Of a stretch of DNA of 64,000 nucleotides, positions 18,526 to 27,924 are shown in pieces. Source of the stretch: Chloroflexota bacterium (GTDB taxonomy: Bacteria > Chloroflexota > Limnocylindria > P2-11E); assembly GCA_005889405.1 (NCBI GenBank), contig VBFY01000061.1:64769-128768 (forward strand), in the 5' to 3' direction. The notes below the pieces were generated by a model, which ran no database searches, was not told where the DNA came from, and saw only the letters and a list, made by a program, of their open reading frames with translations. The translations under genes were made by a program, and so were the position numbers. Positions within the stretch are counted from its first letter, which is position 1. Each line of letters opens with the position of its first letter.

Positions 18526-19484
18526 GGCCGCCACCGCGGCCAGTCCTTGTCGACGCCGTCCAGGGTGAGGCGCTGGATGTTGCTGCCGTCTGGGCGCATC
18601 ACGAAGAGGTCGATCCAAGCTCCGGTATCGCGCCTGAACGCGATCCAGTGACCGTCGGGTGACCAGTCCGGCTTGTTATCGCCCCAGCCGAGATTCAATC
18701 GGTGCGTCTCGGCTCCATCCACGGAAACGACGAGGAGTGAGGAGCTCAACGGAACGTCTTTCGTACCGCTGGGCTCTGACAGAATGAAGACGATCCGCGA
18801 ACTGTCTGGCGACCACCGACCGTACGTCGCGCCTACATCGTCGTCGCCTACCTGGTTGGTGATTTGACGCTGGTCGCTGCCATCCGGCGACATGGTGAAG
18901 ATGTTGCTTGCGTTGTGGGGCCGACCCCAGGTGAACGCGACGCGTTTCCCATCCGGCGCCCACGACGGCTGCCCGAGGTAGTCCGGCCCGTGTGTCACGC
19001 GGCGCAGATCGCTGCCGTCTGGTCGCACGACGAAGAGACTGCGCGCGCCGGCGTTCGGACCGTCGCGGCTGCTATCGAACATGATCCACCGGCCATCCGG
19101 TGACCAGGTCGGATCACCGTTCCACGCGCCGCCATGCGTGAGCCGCGTGACCCTACCGTCCTCGAGCGCCATGACGTAGATCGCGGTCTCGCCGTCTTTC
19201 GGGCTGACATAAGCGATGCGTTCGCCATCGGGCGACCACGCCGGATCGGTGTTCCAGGCGTGGTCGGCGATGACCGGCTTGACCTGTCCGCTCGAGACAT
19301 CCAGTAGGTAGAAGCCGGTGCCCGGGCGGGGTAGGAAGTCGACGCAAGAGAAGAGGAGCTCCCCACCGATCTCCGGGTGCGGTGTGGCGTCTCTCCCGCA
19401 CTTCGTCACGGACTCCGGAGCCGCGCACGCGACCAGCTGCGAGCTCAGGAGAGCCACCGCCAACGCCGCGAGCCGGGGCTTCAT
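18522..19484 (-). CDS. TolB-like beta-propeller lipoprotein (PD40/WD40-like repeats)
   Basis: MKPRLAALAVALLSSQLVAC lipobox; repeated W(S/A)PDG...A(F/Y) blades (WSPDGERIAYVS, WSPDGRWIMFDS, WAPDGKRVAFT, WSPDSSRIVFI, WSPDGHWIAFR). Confidence 0.75.
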   Translation of the reverse strand: MKPRLAALAVALLSSQLVACAAPESVTKCGRDATPHPEIGGELLFSCVDFLPRPGTGFYLLDVSSGQVKPVIADHAWNTDPAWSPDGERIAYVSPKDGETAIYVMALEDGRVTRLTHGGAWNGDPTWSPDGRWIMFDSSRDGPNAGARSLFVVRPDGSDLRRVTHGPDYLGQPSWAPDGKRVAFTWGRPHNASNIFTMSPDGSDQRQITNQVGDDDVGATYGRWSPDSSRIVFILSEPSGTKDVPLSSSLLVVSVDGAETHRLNLGWGDNKPDWSPDGHWIAFRRDTGAWIDLFVMRPDGSNIQRLTLDGVDKDWPRWRP

Positions 19485-19652
19485 CGCGACGATATTCCCA
19501 CCGGCCACCAGCGGTGGACCACGGTGCCAGCCCTGACCGTCCTTGCGCCGCGAGAGGGTCAGCCCGTGCCGAAGTCGCGGGTGCGCTCGGATGTGGCCGC
19601 TGCGCGCCGACCGTAGCGTCGCCCGAGCGACAGGCTCGACTGGAGGCACCAG

Positions 19653-19895
19653 ATGGAACGCATCGGACGAATGCTCCTCGTGATCATCACGACGACGGCC
19701 CTGACGATCGGCGTCGCGTCACTGGGGATCGCCGCGGTCTCCACATCGCAGCCGGCTTCCGGAAGCGCCGTCCGTGACCTCGAGTACGGCGTCCCGGGCC
19801 GTGGACCCATGACCCCGAAGCCAGGGCCGGCGGCATCCCCTGGACCGCCACCGTCGCCCCGAGCGACGCCCTCGCCGCGGCCCGGATTCCCTTGA
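19653..19895 (+). CDS. Small membrane/secreted protein (one hydrophobic segment plus Pro-rich tail)
   Basis: GGAGG 8 nt before the ATG, high GC3 codon usage, MLLVIITTTALTIGVASLGIAAVS. Confidence 0.4.
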   Translation: MERIGRMLLVIITTTALTIGVASLGIAAVSTSQPASGSAVRDLEYGVPGRGPMTPKPGPAASPGPPPSPRATPSPRPGFP

Positions 19896-19904
19896 GCGCC
19901 GGGT

Positions 19905-20804
19905 CTATGCCGCCAGCGGGCGCTGCCTGAGGTGCAGCGCGTCGAACCAGGCGATGTGCTCGTTCGCCCAGCGTGGCGCCTCGAGCGGAAGCATGTGGCC
20001 GATCCCACGCGCGACGTGCACCTCGGCCGCCGGATTCGCGAGCCGGAAGAACTCCGCGTCGCGCACCGTGAAGACCCGGTCGTCGGTGCCCCAGAGCAGC
20101 AGCGTCGGGATGTCGCGCAGCGCGGCGACGTTGCCGCGGAGCGTGAAGCCGAGCTGCTCGCCACCCGGGAAGGGAAGTAGGAGGAGCCGGCGCCACCGCG
20201 GCGGCTGATTCGCCCAGACGATCGCGCGGATCGAGCGCACCGTCGCCGGCGACCGTCGGTCCCGGCGCAGCATGTGGCGGATGAAGTGGTCGTCGTCGCG
20301 CCGCGCCCTGCCGATGAGGAAGCGACGCAGGAAGGAGCCGGTGCCACGTTCGTAGGGACGCAGCAGCGCGCGCCCGATGAGCGGCACGCAGTACAGCTTG
20401 TAGGCCCAGAGCATCGAGCGGCCGAGACCCGCGGGCGCGACCAGCACCAGACCCGCGACCGCGGCCGGCTTTCGGAGCGCGATCTGGAGCGCGATGCCGC
20501 CCCCGAGCGAATGGCCCAGGAAGACGGCGCGCTCGATCCCGAGCTCGCCGATCACGTGAAGCACCATGTCCGCGAGCTGCGAGAAGCGTGCGTCAGCCTT
20601 ACGCAGCGCAGGTGTGAGGCCGAACCCCGGGAGCTCGATGACATGCGTTGCGTAGCCGAGCGCGCGGAGAGCGCGCGTCTGCGGAGCGAGCGCTACCGCG
20701 GTCGCGCCCATCCCGGGCAAAAGGACCGCGTGCGGGCCCGTCGCCGGACCGCAGGACTTGATGCGGAAGCGGTAGCCCGCGTGCTGGACGATCGACTCGC
20801 GCAC
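19905..20804 (-). CDS. Alpha/beta-fold hydrolase
   Basis: HAVLLPGMGATA...GHSLGGGIAL nucleophile elbow, C-terminal His. Confidence 0.8.
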   Translation of the reverse strand: MRESIVQHAGYRFRIKSCGPATGPHAVLLPGMGATAVALAPQTRALRALGYATHVIELPGFGLTPALRKADARFSQLADMVLHVIGELGIERAVFLGHSLGGGIALQIALRKPAAVAGLVLVAPAGLGRSMLWAYKLYCVPLIGRALLRPYERGTGSFLRRFLIGRARRDDDHFIRHMLRRDRRSPATVRSIRAIVWANQPPRWRRLLLLPFPGGEQLGFTLRGNVAALRDIPTLLLWGTDDRVFTVRDAEFFRLANPAAEVHVARGIGHMLPLEAPRWANEHIAWFDALHLRQRPLAA

Positions 20805-20939
20805 CTCATCACTATGTACCCGCGGCGACGCAACAAGGAGTCCGGCGGGTTAGCCCTTCGGTCATCACCCCAGTGGGGGATTCGGTACAGTCCGATGAGT
20901 TAGCCAGCGCCCCTAACAACCGCGAGAGAAGGGATCCTC

Positions 20940-22019
20940 ATGAGCGTTTATCGAGCGGAATACATCTGGATCGACGGCACCACGCCGACGCAGAAGCTGC
21001 GTTCGAAGACGAAGATCGTGCCGACCGGCGAGAAGCCGCCGATCTGGGGCTTCGACGGATCGAGCACGCAGCAGGCGACGGGTGACCGCTCCGACTGCGT
21101 CCTTCAACCGGTGTTCACCTGCCCGGATCCGATCCGCGGTGGTGATGACCTCCTCGTCTTGTGCGAGGTCATGCTCGTGACCGGACAGCCGCATGTTTCG
21201 AACATGCGACGTGCGGACGCCGATATGGCTCTGCGCTTCGCGTCCTTTGACACGTGGTTCGGCATCGAGCAGGAATACACGCTCTTCCGCGGCTCGCGGC
21301 CACTCGGGTTCCCCGACAGCGGCTTCCCGGCACCGCAGGGCGGGTACTACTGCGGCGTCGGCGCGGATGAGGTCTTCGGCCGTGAGGTCGTCGAGGCGCA
21401 CCTCGATGCCTGTCTGAAAGCCGGACTCAAGATCTCGGGCATCAACGCCGAGGTCATGCCTGGTCAGTGGGAATTCCAGGTCGGGCCGCTGGGCGCCCCT
21501 GAGGTCGCCGATCAGCTGTGGCTCGCGCGTTGGCTGCTGTATCGCGTGGGAGAACCGTTCGGGATCAGCGCGACGCTGTATCCGAAGCCGGTCCGCGGAG
21601 ACTGGAACGGCGCGGGCGCGCACACGAACTTCTCGACGAACGAGATGCGGCGTGACTACGACGCGTGCATCGCGGCGGCCGAGGCGCTCGGCACGCGGCA
21701 CGACCTCCATATCGCGAACTACGGCTTCGGTATCGAGGAGCGCCTCACCGGGCTTCACGAGACGTGTTCGTACAAGGAGTTCCGCTATGGCGTGAGCGAC
21801 CGCGGCGCGTCGGTGCGCATCCCGTGGCAGGTCGCGAAGGATCGGCAGGGCTACATCGAGGACCGTCGGCCCAACGCGAACGCCGATCCGTACGTCACGA
21901 CCCGTCTCATCCTCGAGACCGTGTGCGGCGCGGCGAGGTCGGATCGGACGTCGGGCGCCAAGCGGCCTGTGCCGCGCGCGGCGAAGCGAACGGCGCGACG
22001 AGACAAGGTGGCGAGCTAA
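20940..22019 (+). CDS. glnII: Glutamine synthetase type II (eukaryote-like GSII)
   Basis: ~359 aa; EYIWIDG..., FEPGP-like FDGSSTQ, NFSTNEMR, YDPYV-like signatures of GSII. Confidence 0.9.
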   Translation: MSVYRAEYIWIDGTTPTQKLRSKTKIVPTGEKPPIWGFDGSSTQQATGDRSDCVLQPVFTCPDPIRGGDDLLVLCEVMLVTGQPHVSNMRRADADMALRFASFDTWFGIEQEYTLFRGSRPLGFPDSGFPAPQGGYYCGVGADEVFGREVVEAHLDACLKAGLKISGINAEVMPGQWEFQVGPLGAPEVADQLWLARWLLYRVGEPFGISATLYPKPVRGDWNGAGAHTNFSTNEMRRDYDACIAAAEALGTRHDLHIANYGFGIEERLTGLHETCSYKEFRYGVSDRGASVRIPWQVAKDRQGYIEDRRPNANADPYVTTRLILETVCGAARSDRTSGAKRPVPRAAKRTARRDKVAS

Positions 22020-22032
22020 GCCGAGGCGACGC

Positions 22033-22758
22033 TCACTGACGCTGCGCGCCATATGGCAGGCCGCACTCGCTGCAGAAGGCGAGGCCATCTTTCCGCCGGG
22101 GCGCGCCGCAGTTCGCGCAGGCCGTTGCCGCGGCGGGAGGCGATGGCGGCACAGGCACAGAGGCGGGCGACGTGCGTCCGCGCTGCGCGCGTCCGACGTC
22201 GATCATCCACACCGTCCAGCCGAGCGGGACGAGCACCTTCCGGATGTCGAAGCCGCTGAGCTCGATGAGCACGGATCCGACGATGAGGACCGCGACGAAG
22301 GCCGCGACCACGACAAGCGACCAGCGATGCAGGCCAGCGCGTACGACTTCCACGCTCGCCACGACGATCCAGAGCGCGCTCGCGCTGGGCGCCGCGCTGA
22401 CGAAGGCGTCGACGACAGAGGGTGCGTTCGCCATGAGCGCGGGTGCCGCGAACAACGCACCGGCTGCGGACCACGTGCCCGCTGCGAGGAGCGCGGCCGC
22501 GACCGCCCACCAGCTCGATAGGCCGCTCTGCCGCATCGCGACCGTCAGCACGACCGGGAGGAGGCCGTACGCGACGACCGTCGCGACGACAGCAATGATC
22601 GTCGCGATGCCGGTCGGCTCGGTGATTCCGCCGGCCACGGCCGCAACGAGCGCGGCGACAGCAGCGGCGAACGCCGCGATCGAGCCGATCCGTAGCCAGC
22701 TGCGCTTCGCCGCCGAGGGACCGCTCGCGGCGTCGGCAGCCGCCTCGGCTTCGGTCAT
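22033..22758 (-). CDS. Membrane protein with C-terminal zinc-ribbon (CxxC...CxxC)
   Basis: 6-7 hydrophobic helices, then CANCGAPRRKDGLAFCSECGLPYG. Convergent with glnII. Confidence 0.5.
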   Translation of the reverse strand: MTEAEAAADAASGPSAAKRSWLRIGSIAAFAAAVAALVAAVAGGITEPTGIATIIAVVATVVAYGLLPVVLTVAMRQSGLSSWWAVAAALLAAGTWSAAGALFAAPALMANAPSVVDAFVSAAPSASALWIVVASVEVVRAGLHRWSLVVVAAFVAVLIVGSVLIELSGFDIRKVLVPLGWTVWMIDVGRAQRGRTSPASVPVPPSPPAAATACANCGAPRRKDGLAFCSECGLPYGAQRQ

Positions 22759-22806
22759 GCGTCAACGCTAGCGGCGGAGGCTCGCGCATGCGTTACGTTG
22801 CTCGCG

Positions 22807-23583
22807 ATGGACGCCGAGATGCCGGACTACCTGAGCGTCAACCGCGATGCCTGGACGAAGTCCAACGCGCGCTACACCGACGGGCGCGCCGAAGAGGCGT
22901 GGGCTCAGGCCGAGATCGCCTGGGGCGTCTGGCAAACGCCCGAGTCCGCCGTGAAGGTCCTGCCCGGCCTGCGGGGCAGGGATGTCGTCGAGCGTGGGTG
23001 TGGCACGGCGTACGTCGGCGCCTGGCTGAAGCGCCGTGGCGCGCGGCGGGTCGTCGGCGTCGACATCACGCCGGCGCAGCTCGCGACCGCCCAGCGGTTG
23101 AATCGCAAGTGCGGGATGGGACTCGAGCTCATCGAGGCGAACGCGGAGGTCGTGCCCCTGCGCGACGAGGTTTTCGATCTCGTCATCTCGGAATATGGCG
23201 CATCTATCTGGTGCGATCCGGACAAGTGGATCCCGGAGGCAGCACGGTTACTCCGACGCGGCGGAGAGCTTGCGTTCCTGCGCAATTCGACCCTCTCGAT
23301 GCTCTGTATGCCCGATGCCGGCAAGGTCCAGGAGACGCTACAGCGCCCGCAGCGGGGCATGAATCGGCTCGAGTGGACCGAGGATGATCCGGGAATCGAA
23401 TTCCACCCCAGCGCGGGCGACCTCATCCGGCTCCTGCGCGCAAACGGATTCGACATCGTGGATCTGGTGGAGCTCTACGCGCCGGAGGGCGCGAGAGATC
23501 ACGGCGAGTATTCGTACGTGACCGCCGCATGGGCGCGGCGCTGGCCGTCAGAGGAGATCTGGCGAGCGCGTAAGCGCGACTGA
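22807..23583 (+). CDS. Class I SAM-dependent methyltransferase
   Basis: VVERGCGTAYVGAWL (motif I), VGVDITPAQL, DLVISEY. TTG 22798 is the alternative start. Confidence 0.75.
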   Translation: MDAEMPDYLSVNRDAWTKSNARYTDGRAEEAWAQAEIAWGVWQTPESAVKVLPGLRGRDVVERGCGTAYVGAWLKRRGARRVVGVDITPAQLATAQRLNRKCGMGLELIEANAEVVPLRDEVFDLVISEYGASIWCDPDKWIPEAARLLRRGGELAFLRNSTLSMLCMPDAGKVQETLQRPQRGMNRLEWTEDDPGIEFHPSAGDLIRLLRANGFDIVDLVELYAPEGARDHGEYSYVTAAWARRWPSEEIWRARKRD

Positions 23584-24447
23584 CGACTTCGACGGTGCGG
23601 TACGTCGCGTCGCCAGCACGGAACCGAGCACGATGAGCACGAAGCCGAGAACGATCCCGATCGTGAGCGGCTCTCCGAGGAATGCAACGCCGAGCGCGAG
23701 CGCGACCGCGGGGTTCACGTACGTGATGACGGTCGCGCGCGCGGCACCGACCTCCGCGACGAGCGGAAAGAACACCAGGAACGCGAGGGCGGTGCAGATC
23801 ACGCCGAGGACCGTGACCGCGACGACGACCTGCGGAGAAGGAAGCGCGCGCGGGAGCTGCGCGAAACCCAGGGGCGCGTAGACGATCATCGTCAGCGCGA
23901 GCGACGACGCGACCACTCCGAACAACGGAAGACCCGACAGCTTGCGCCCGATGATCAGCGCTCCGAGCGCGTAGCCCAGCGCGACGAGCGCGACCTCACC
24001 GACCGCGCCGAGGTCGCCGGCGCCCACGTCCAACCCGACGAGCGCGGCGACGCCGAGGAAGCCGAGTCCGAGGCCGGCGACGCGGCGCAGATCGACACGG
24101 TCGTCGGCGCCGGTAGCCCAGGCGAGGATCGCGCCGATCGACGGGACCAGCGCGATGAGGAGTCCGGAAAGCGAGCTCGAGATCCGTCGCTCGGCATCGG
24201 ACAGGAAGAACCACGGCGCGGCGACCTCGACGAACGTATACGCGACGATCCACTTCCAGTGGGCAAGCAGTGGCCCCAGATCTTTTCGGGCGAAGGCGAT
24301 GGGCAGGAGCAGTCCCGCGCCGATCGCGGTGCGAAGGAAGACGAGACTCGCCGGCGAGAGCTCGCTCACCGCGATCTTGATGAAGAGGTACGGAATTCCC
24401 CAGATCACGCCCATCGCCGCGAACAAAACCCAGCCCCGTCGTGTCAC
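23548..24447 (-). CDS. EamA/DMT-family transporter
   Basis: Two EamA repeats, 10 TM helices, LFIKIAVSELSPASLVFLR. Confidence 0.75.
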   Translation of the reverse strand: MTRRGWVLFAAMGVIWGIPYLFIKIAVSELSPASLVFLRTAIGAGLLLPIAFARKDLGPLLAHWKWIVAYTFVEVAAPWFFLSDAERRISSSLSGLLIALVPSIGAILAWATGADDRVDLRRVAGLGLGFLGVAALVGLDVGAGDLGAVGEVALVALGYALGALIIGRKLSGLPLFGVVASSLALTMIVYAPLGFAQLPRALPSPQVVVAVTVLGVICTALAFLVFFPLVAEVGAARATVITYVNPAVALALGVAFLGEPLTIGIVLGFVLIVLGSVLATRRTAPSKSSVALTRSPDLL

Positions 24448-24496
24448 CGTGTCACGTTAACCCGGCGATGTCAGTGTTGCCCTCGCTACAAAGCCC

Positions 24497-26341
24497 TCAT
24501 CGCAACGTGCACGTCTGCGGCTCGGCGAGCAGCGATCCGACGTTCGCGCTGATCTGGTAATCGCCGGGAAGCACACCAGACGGCGGCGTGAATGAGGCGG
24601 TGAAGCTGCCGTCGGCTCCGACCGTCCCGGACAACGGCGTCGCGAGCAGCGAAGATCGGATCGCGTAGCGCGCGAACGGCGGCCAGCCGTTTCCGACGAC
24701 CGAGACCGATCCGTTGACCGCTGCGCAGGTCACGGCGAGCGTCGGTGCATAGACCGCGACCTGTCCGCTCGCGGACTGTCGTCCGTCGCTCGCGGTGATG
24801 CGATACGTCGCGCCGACCGTCGCTTCGATCGGCACCGTGATCGCGACCGTGAAGTCGCCTGAGGCGTCCGCGTTCGCCTGCACAAGTGGTCGCCCGTCCT
24901 CCCAGCTGATCGTGACCAGCGCCGTGGACCATCCGTGTCCGCTTACGTTCATCGCGCTTCCCGGGGAGCCGTTGCCTCCGATCACCGACGGTCCTGCCGG
25001 CGTCGGCGACGGCGTGGGCGTCGGCGACGGCGTGGGCGGCGGAGTCGGCGTCGGTTCCGCCGTTGGCGCGGGCGTCGATGGCCGGGGCGGCGTCGGCGTC
25101 CGCACGGGCGGCGCGGTCGGCGCCACTGTCGGCGCCTGCGTCGGCTCCGGCGCGGCCACCGCTGTCGGCGTCGGCGATGGCGTGGGGCTCGGCGTCGCAC
25201 TCGGCGGCGGCGTTTGCCCCGACGGTGGCGGCGTCACCTCGATCCCCGCGGCGAAGCCGAAGCGGGGCAGCGGCGCGAACAGCGATGCGTTGGGAGCGCC
25301 GTTCGCCGTCACGCGGGGGAAAGACGGCGGCACTACGACGCGCATGGGCGGGCGATCGACCAGCGTCAATTTGGCGAGGCCTTTCGCGGTCAAAGCACCG
25401 GTCGACCCGCGTTCGACCGCGAGGCTCGAGCCGAACTTCGTGCCAGATGGGCCGCCTCCGCTCACCGAGTAGTTGAAGGACAGGTTGCCCGTGCCATCGA
25501 TGGCCGATGCCGTCGCAACGAAGTCACCGCCCGGCGCGATCGATTCGATGACCATCGAGTACGTGCCGGTGGTCGCGTTCGGCAGATCGATGAGCTCCGG
25601 GTCGATACCAGGTTCGGTCGCGAGACAGCCCGGGATCTGGCGGACCAGCGTGGGTCCCGCGGGCACGACGCCGCAGCTGCGGCCGAGCGGATCGACGACG
25701 ACGAGAAAGGCCGGGGAGTGCAGCCCGAAACGCAGCGTGTTCAGCGCGCTGGGGACGGCCGCGGGTGGGGAAGGGGGCGCTCCGGGCTGGACCGTCGTCA
25801 GCGAGCCGGCCGGCACGACCACGGTCTGCGTCTGGGCGATCACCTCGACGCTGCCGTCGACGGTGGTCACCGTCGTCGCCCCGCTGATCAGGACGTCCGT
25901 GATGAAGCCCGTGCCGCGCACCACGGCCGTCGCCGCGGGTGTCCGCAGCTCGAATTTCGAGTCGGTCTGCAGCAGCCGCTGGACGCTTGACCAGGTGCGG
26001 CCGATGGACTGCTGGAGCTGGATCGCGACCGTTCCATTTTGCGTCGAGGTCGTCTGTGCGACCGTGACGATCGCCCCGGCCTCGAGCTCGATGGTCGACG
26101 CATCAAGGAACGTGATCACGGCATGGCTTTGCTCGGCGGTGCGCACGCGATCGCCGGCGTTCAGGGCCTGGCCGTCGGCGACGCGCACAAAGGCGGCGGC
26201 GCCGTGCGCGACGTCGACCGTTCCATCGATGATGCTCAGGACCACGGCCGCCGCTGACGCGCGCTGCTGCGTGAAGATGAGCGTCGCGGGTATGAGAACG
26301 CCGAGAGCGATGAGCGCGACGATCAGGATTCGGATGCGCAG
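24497..26341 (-). CDS. Secreted FecR-domain protein with Pro/Thr-rich linker and Ig-like C-terminal domains. The start is probably non-canonical (CTG 26341); the first canonical start is GTG 26245
   Basis: The 32 codons upstream of GTG 26245 are in frame and encode a textbook signal peptide [31 protein letters not shown] with no ATG/GTG/TTG. FecR-like DGTVDV...GDRVRT...[11 protein letters not shown] follows. Confidence 0.6.
   Translation of the reverse strand: MRIRILIVALIALGVLIPATLIFTQQRASAAAVVLSIIDGTVDVAHGAAAFVRVADGQALNAGDRVRTAEQSHAVITFLDASTIELEAGAIVTVAQTTSTQNGTVAIQLQQSIGRTWSSVQRLLQTDSKFELRTPAATAVVRGTGFITDVLISGATTVTTVDGSVEVIAQTQTVVVPAGSLTTVQPGAPPSPPAAVPSALNTLRFGLHSPAFLVVVDPLGRSCGVVPAGPTLVRQIPGCLATEPGIDPELIDLPNATTGTYSMVIESIAPGGDFVATASAIDGTGNLSFNYSVSGGGPSGTKFGSSLAVERGSTGALTAKGLAKLTLVDRPPMRVVVPPSFPRVTANGAPNASLFAPLPRFGFAAGIEVTPPPSGQTPPPSATPSPTPSPTPTAVAAPEPTQAPTVAPTAPPVRTPTPPRPSTPAPTAEPTPTPPPTPSPTPTPSPTPAGPSVIGGNGSPGSAMNVSGHGWSTALVTISWEDGRPLVQANADASGDFTVAITVPIEATVGATYRITASDGRQSASGQVAVYAPTLAVTCAAVNGSVSVVGNGWPPFARYAIRSSLLATPLSGTVGADGSFTASFTPPSGVLPGDYQISANVGSLLAEPQTCTLR
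24985..25215 (-). repeat. Low-complexity tandem near-repeats encoding the (PTPS)n linker of the FecR-domain protein
   Basis: ggcgtcggcgacggcgtgggc units repeated on the plus strand = [11 protein letters not shown] on the minus strand. Confidence 0.5.
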
Positions 26342-26355
26342 GCTTTAGGAGAACC

Positions 26356-26862
26356 TCATCTGTTGCGCGGGCGCGCGCGTCGTTCCATGCTGCCGAAGGT
26401 CGCCGGCGCGCCCAGCATCCTGGAGAGCCCATCGAAGACGGCGCCCTTGTCGATGGCGAGCGTCGGGGTGGAGATATCGCCCTTCACATGCGCACCTTTG
26501 CGCAGCTCGACGGAGCCGCCCGCCGTGATGTTCCCGGTGACCTCACCACTTACGACAGCCGATCCGCAGTTGACATCTGCCGCGATCTTGGCGTGATCGC
26601 CGATGATGAGGAGGTCGTTCGTGCTGATGCTTCCGGTGAAGGTGCCATCGATCTGGACCGCGCCCTCGAAGTGGAGCTTGCCGTTGACCTGCGAGTCTGC
26701 GCCGAAGAGCGCATTCAGCATCTCGCCCATGAATGCACCCTCGACCTCTACCGTGCCCTCGAACTGCAGCTTGCGGCTGGCGTCCGTACTCGGGGTGAGT
26801 TCGTCGGAAGTGCTGGCCATCGGGTTCGGCTTCTCGTCGGTCCGTACCTGGGTGTTGAACAT
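26356..26862 (-). CDS. Bactofilin (DUF583 beta-helical cytoskeletal protein)
   Basis: Repetitive beta-helix (FEGTVEVEGAFMGEM...LHFEGAVQIDGTFTGSISTNDLLIIGDHAKIAADVN...VSGEVTGNITAGGSVELRKGAHVKGDI); SD AAGGGGG before the ATG. Confidence 0.85.
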   Translation of the reverse strand: MFNTQVRTDEKPNPMASTSDELTPSTDASRKLQFEGTVEVEGAFMGEMLNALFGADSQVNGKLHFEGAVQIDGTFTGSISTNDLLIIGDHAKIAADVNCGSAVVSGEVTGNITAGGSVELRKGAHVKGDISTPTLAIDKGAVFDGLSRMLGAPATFGSMERRARPRNR

Positions 26863-26881
26863 CTGATCGACCCCCTTCTCG

Positions 26882-26907
26882 CGGGTGGGCGCTCCGGGTG
26901 GGCGCTC
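26882..26907 (-). repeat. Perfect tandem direct repeat 2 x 13 nt (cgggtgggcgctc), 20-45 nt upstream of the bactofilin start
   Basis: Read directly from the sequence. It lies in the 110-nt gap between the membrane-protein stop and the bactofilin ATG. Confidence 0.6.
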
Positions 26908-26972
26908 TATGAGAACGCGGAGGGACGACGGCTGCTATGGGTCCTGCCTGCCAGCCTGTCGCCGAAACGCGA

Positions 26973-27653
26973 CTAGGGCAATCGGATCGTGGCGGTCGGG
27001 AGCGGCGGCAACGTGGGCAGTGGGGGCAGTGTCGGAAGGAATGAGGTCGGCGTGGGTGTCGGCATCGGCGAAGGAGACTGGGGACTTTGTGATGCGGTCT
27101 GTGCCGGCGTTGGCGGAGCTGTCACGGCGGGGGAGGGCGTCGTGGGTGCGCTTGTCGCTGGCGACGCCGACGCTGTCGTCGCGGGTGCTGCTGACTCAGG
27201 CGCTGCCGTCGCCGCCGGCGTTGCACTCGGCACGACCGAACTGGCAGCTGTCGTACCGGCAGGTGGGCTCGACGTGATCGGTGCGACGGGTCCGGCGGTC
27301 TGCGATGTCGCGGTCGATGACGGTCTCACCGATGGTGTTTGGCTACCTGCTGGCGCCGATGTGCCGCGAACCTCAGAACCCACGAGCAGGTTGAGGGCGA
27401 GGACGATCGCCGCCACCCCCGCGAACGTGACAAGCACCTGACCAAAACGGAGTGAGTGCACGCGAGCGACGCTCGGCGCACGTGGTGGCGGGAGCGTGCG
27501 AGCCGCAAACGTAAGGACCAGCAGGACGACGCCTGTGGCCGCGGCGACGGCCACCGGACGGAGGTCGTCTCGCGACAGGAATACGAGACTGCCGACGATC
27601 GTGCCGAGTGTCGCGGCCAGGATGAGGACCTGCAGCTGCCTGAGCGCGGTCAT
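26973..27653 (-). CDS. Bitopic/double-pass membrane protein with a long Ser/Thr/Pro-rich extracytoplasmic tail; first gene of the bactofilin operon
   Basis: MTALRQLQVLILAATLGTIVGSLVFL plus a second helix, then a ~120 aa S/T/P/A low-complexity region. ORF start 27719 is the alternative. Confidence 0.5.
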   Translation of the reverse strand: MTALRQLQVLILAATLGTIVGSLVFLSRDDLRPVAVAAATGVVLLVLTFAARTLPPPRAPSVARVHSLRFGQVLVTFAGVAAIVLALNLLVGSEVRGTSAPAGSQTPSVRPSSTATSQTAGPVAPITSSPPAGTTAASSVVPSATPAATAAPESAAPATTASASPATSAPTTPSPAVTAPPTPAQTASQSPQSPSPMPTPTPTSFLPTLPPLPTLPPLPTATIRLP

Positions 27654-27924
27654 GTCGGTCGGCTCGACGCACGCGCCATCCGTCTCTCCCGACCCAACCC
27701 GCTCGCCCCTTCGGCACATTCGATGTTATTTCAACGGCATGAGAGACGCGGCTTGACGAGTTAGCTGCGCGCCGGCGGCTTTCCGATCAAACCAGCGCTG
27801 CGGGGCTCACTGCTCCCTGGTGACTGCGGGGGAGTCGCTACGCGCACTCGATGCGCACTCCCGTCCTGCGCCCATGCCTAAACCAACCTTGCATCCTTCG
27901 CACATTTTACGTATGGTTAGGTGA

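Noticed and set aside
24935-25990. 351-aa plus ORF (RRRRGRRR...)
   Set aside because: Antisense to the Pro/Thr-linker region of the FecR-domain gene; pure low-complexity arginine runs.
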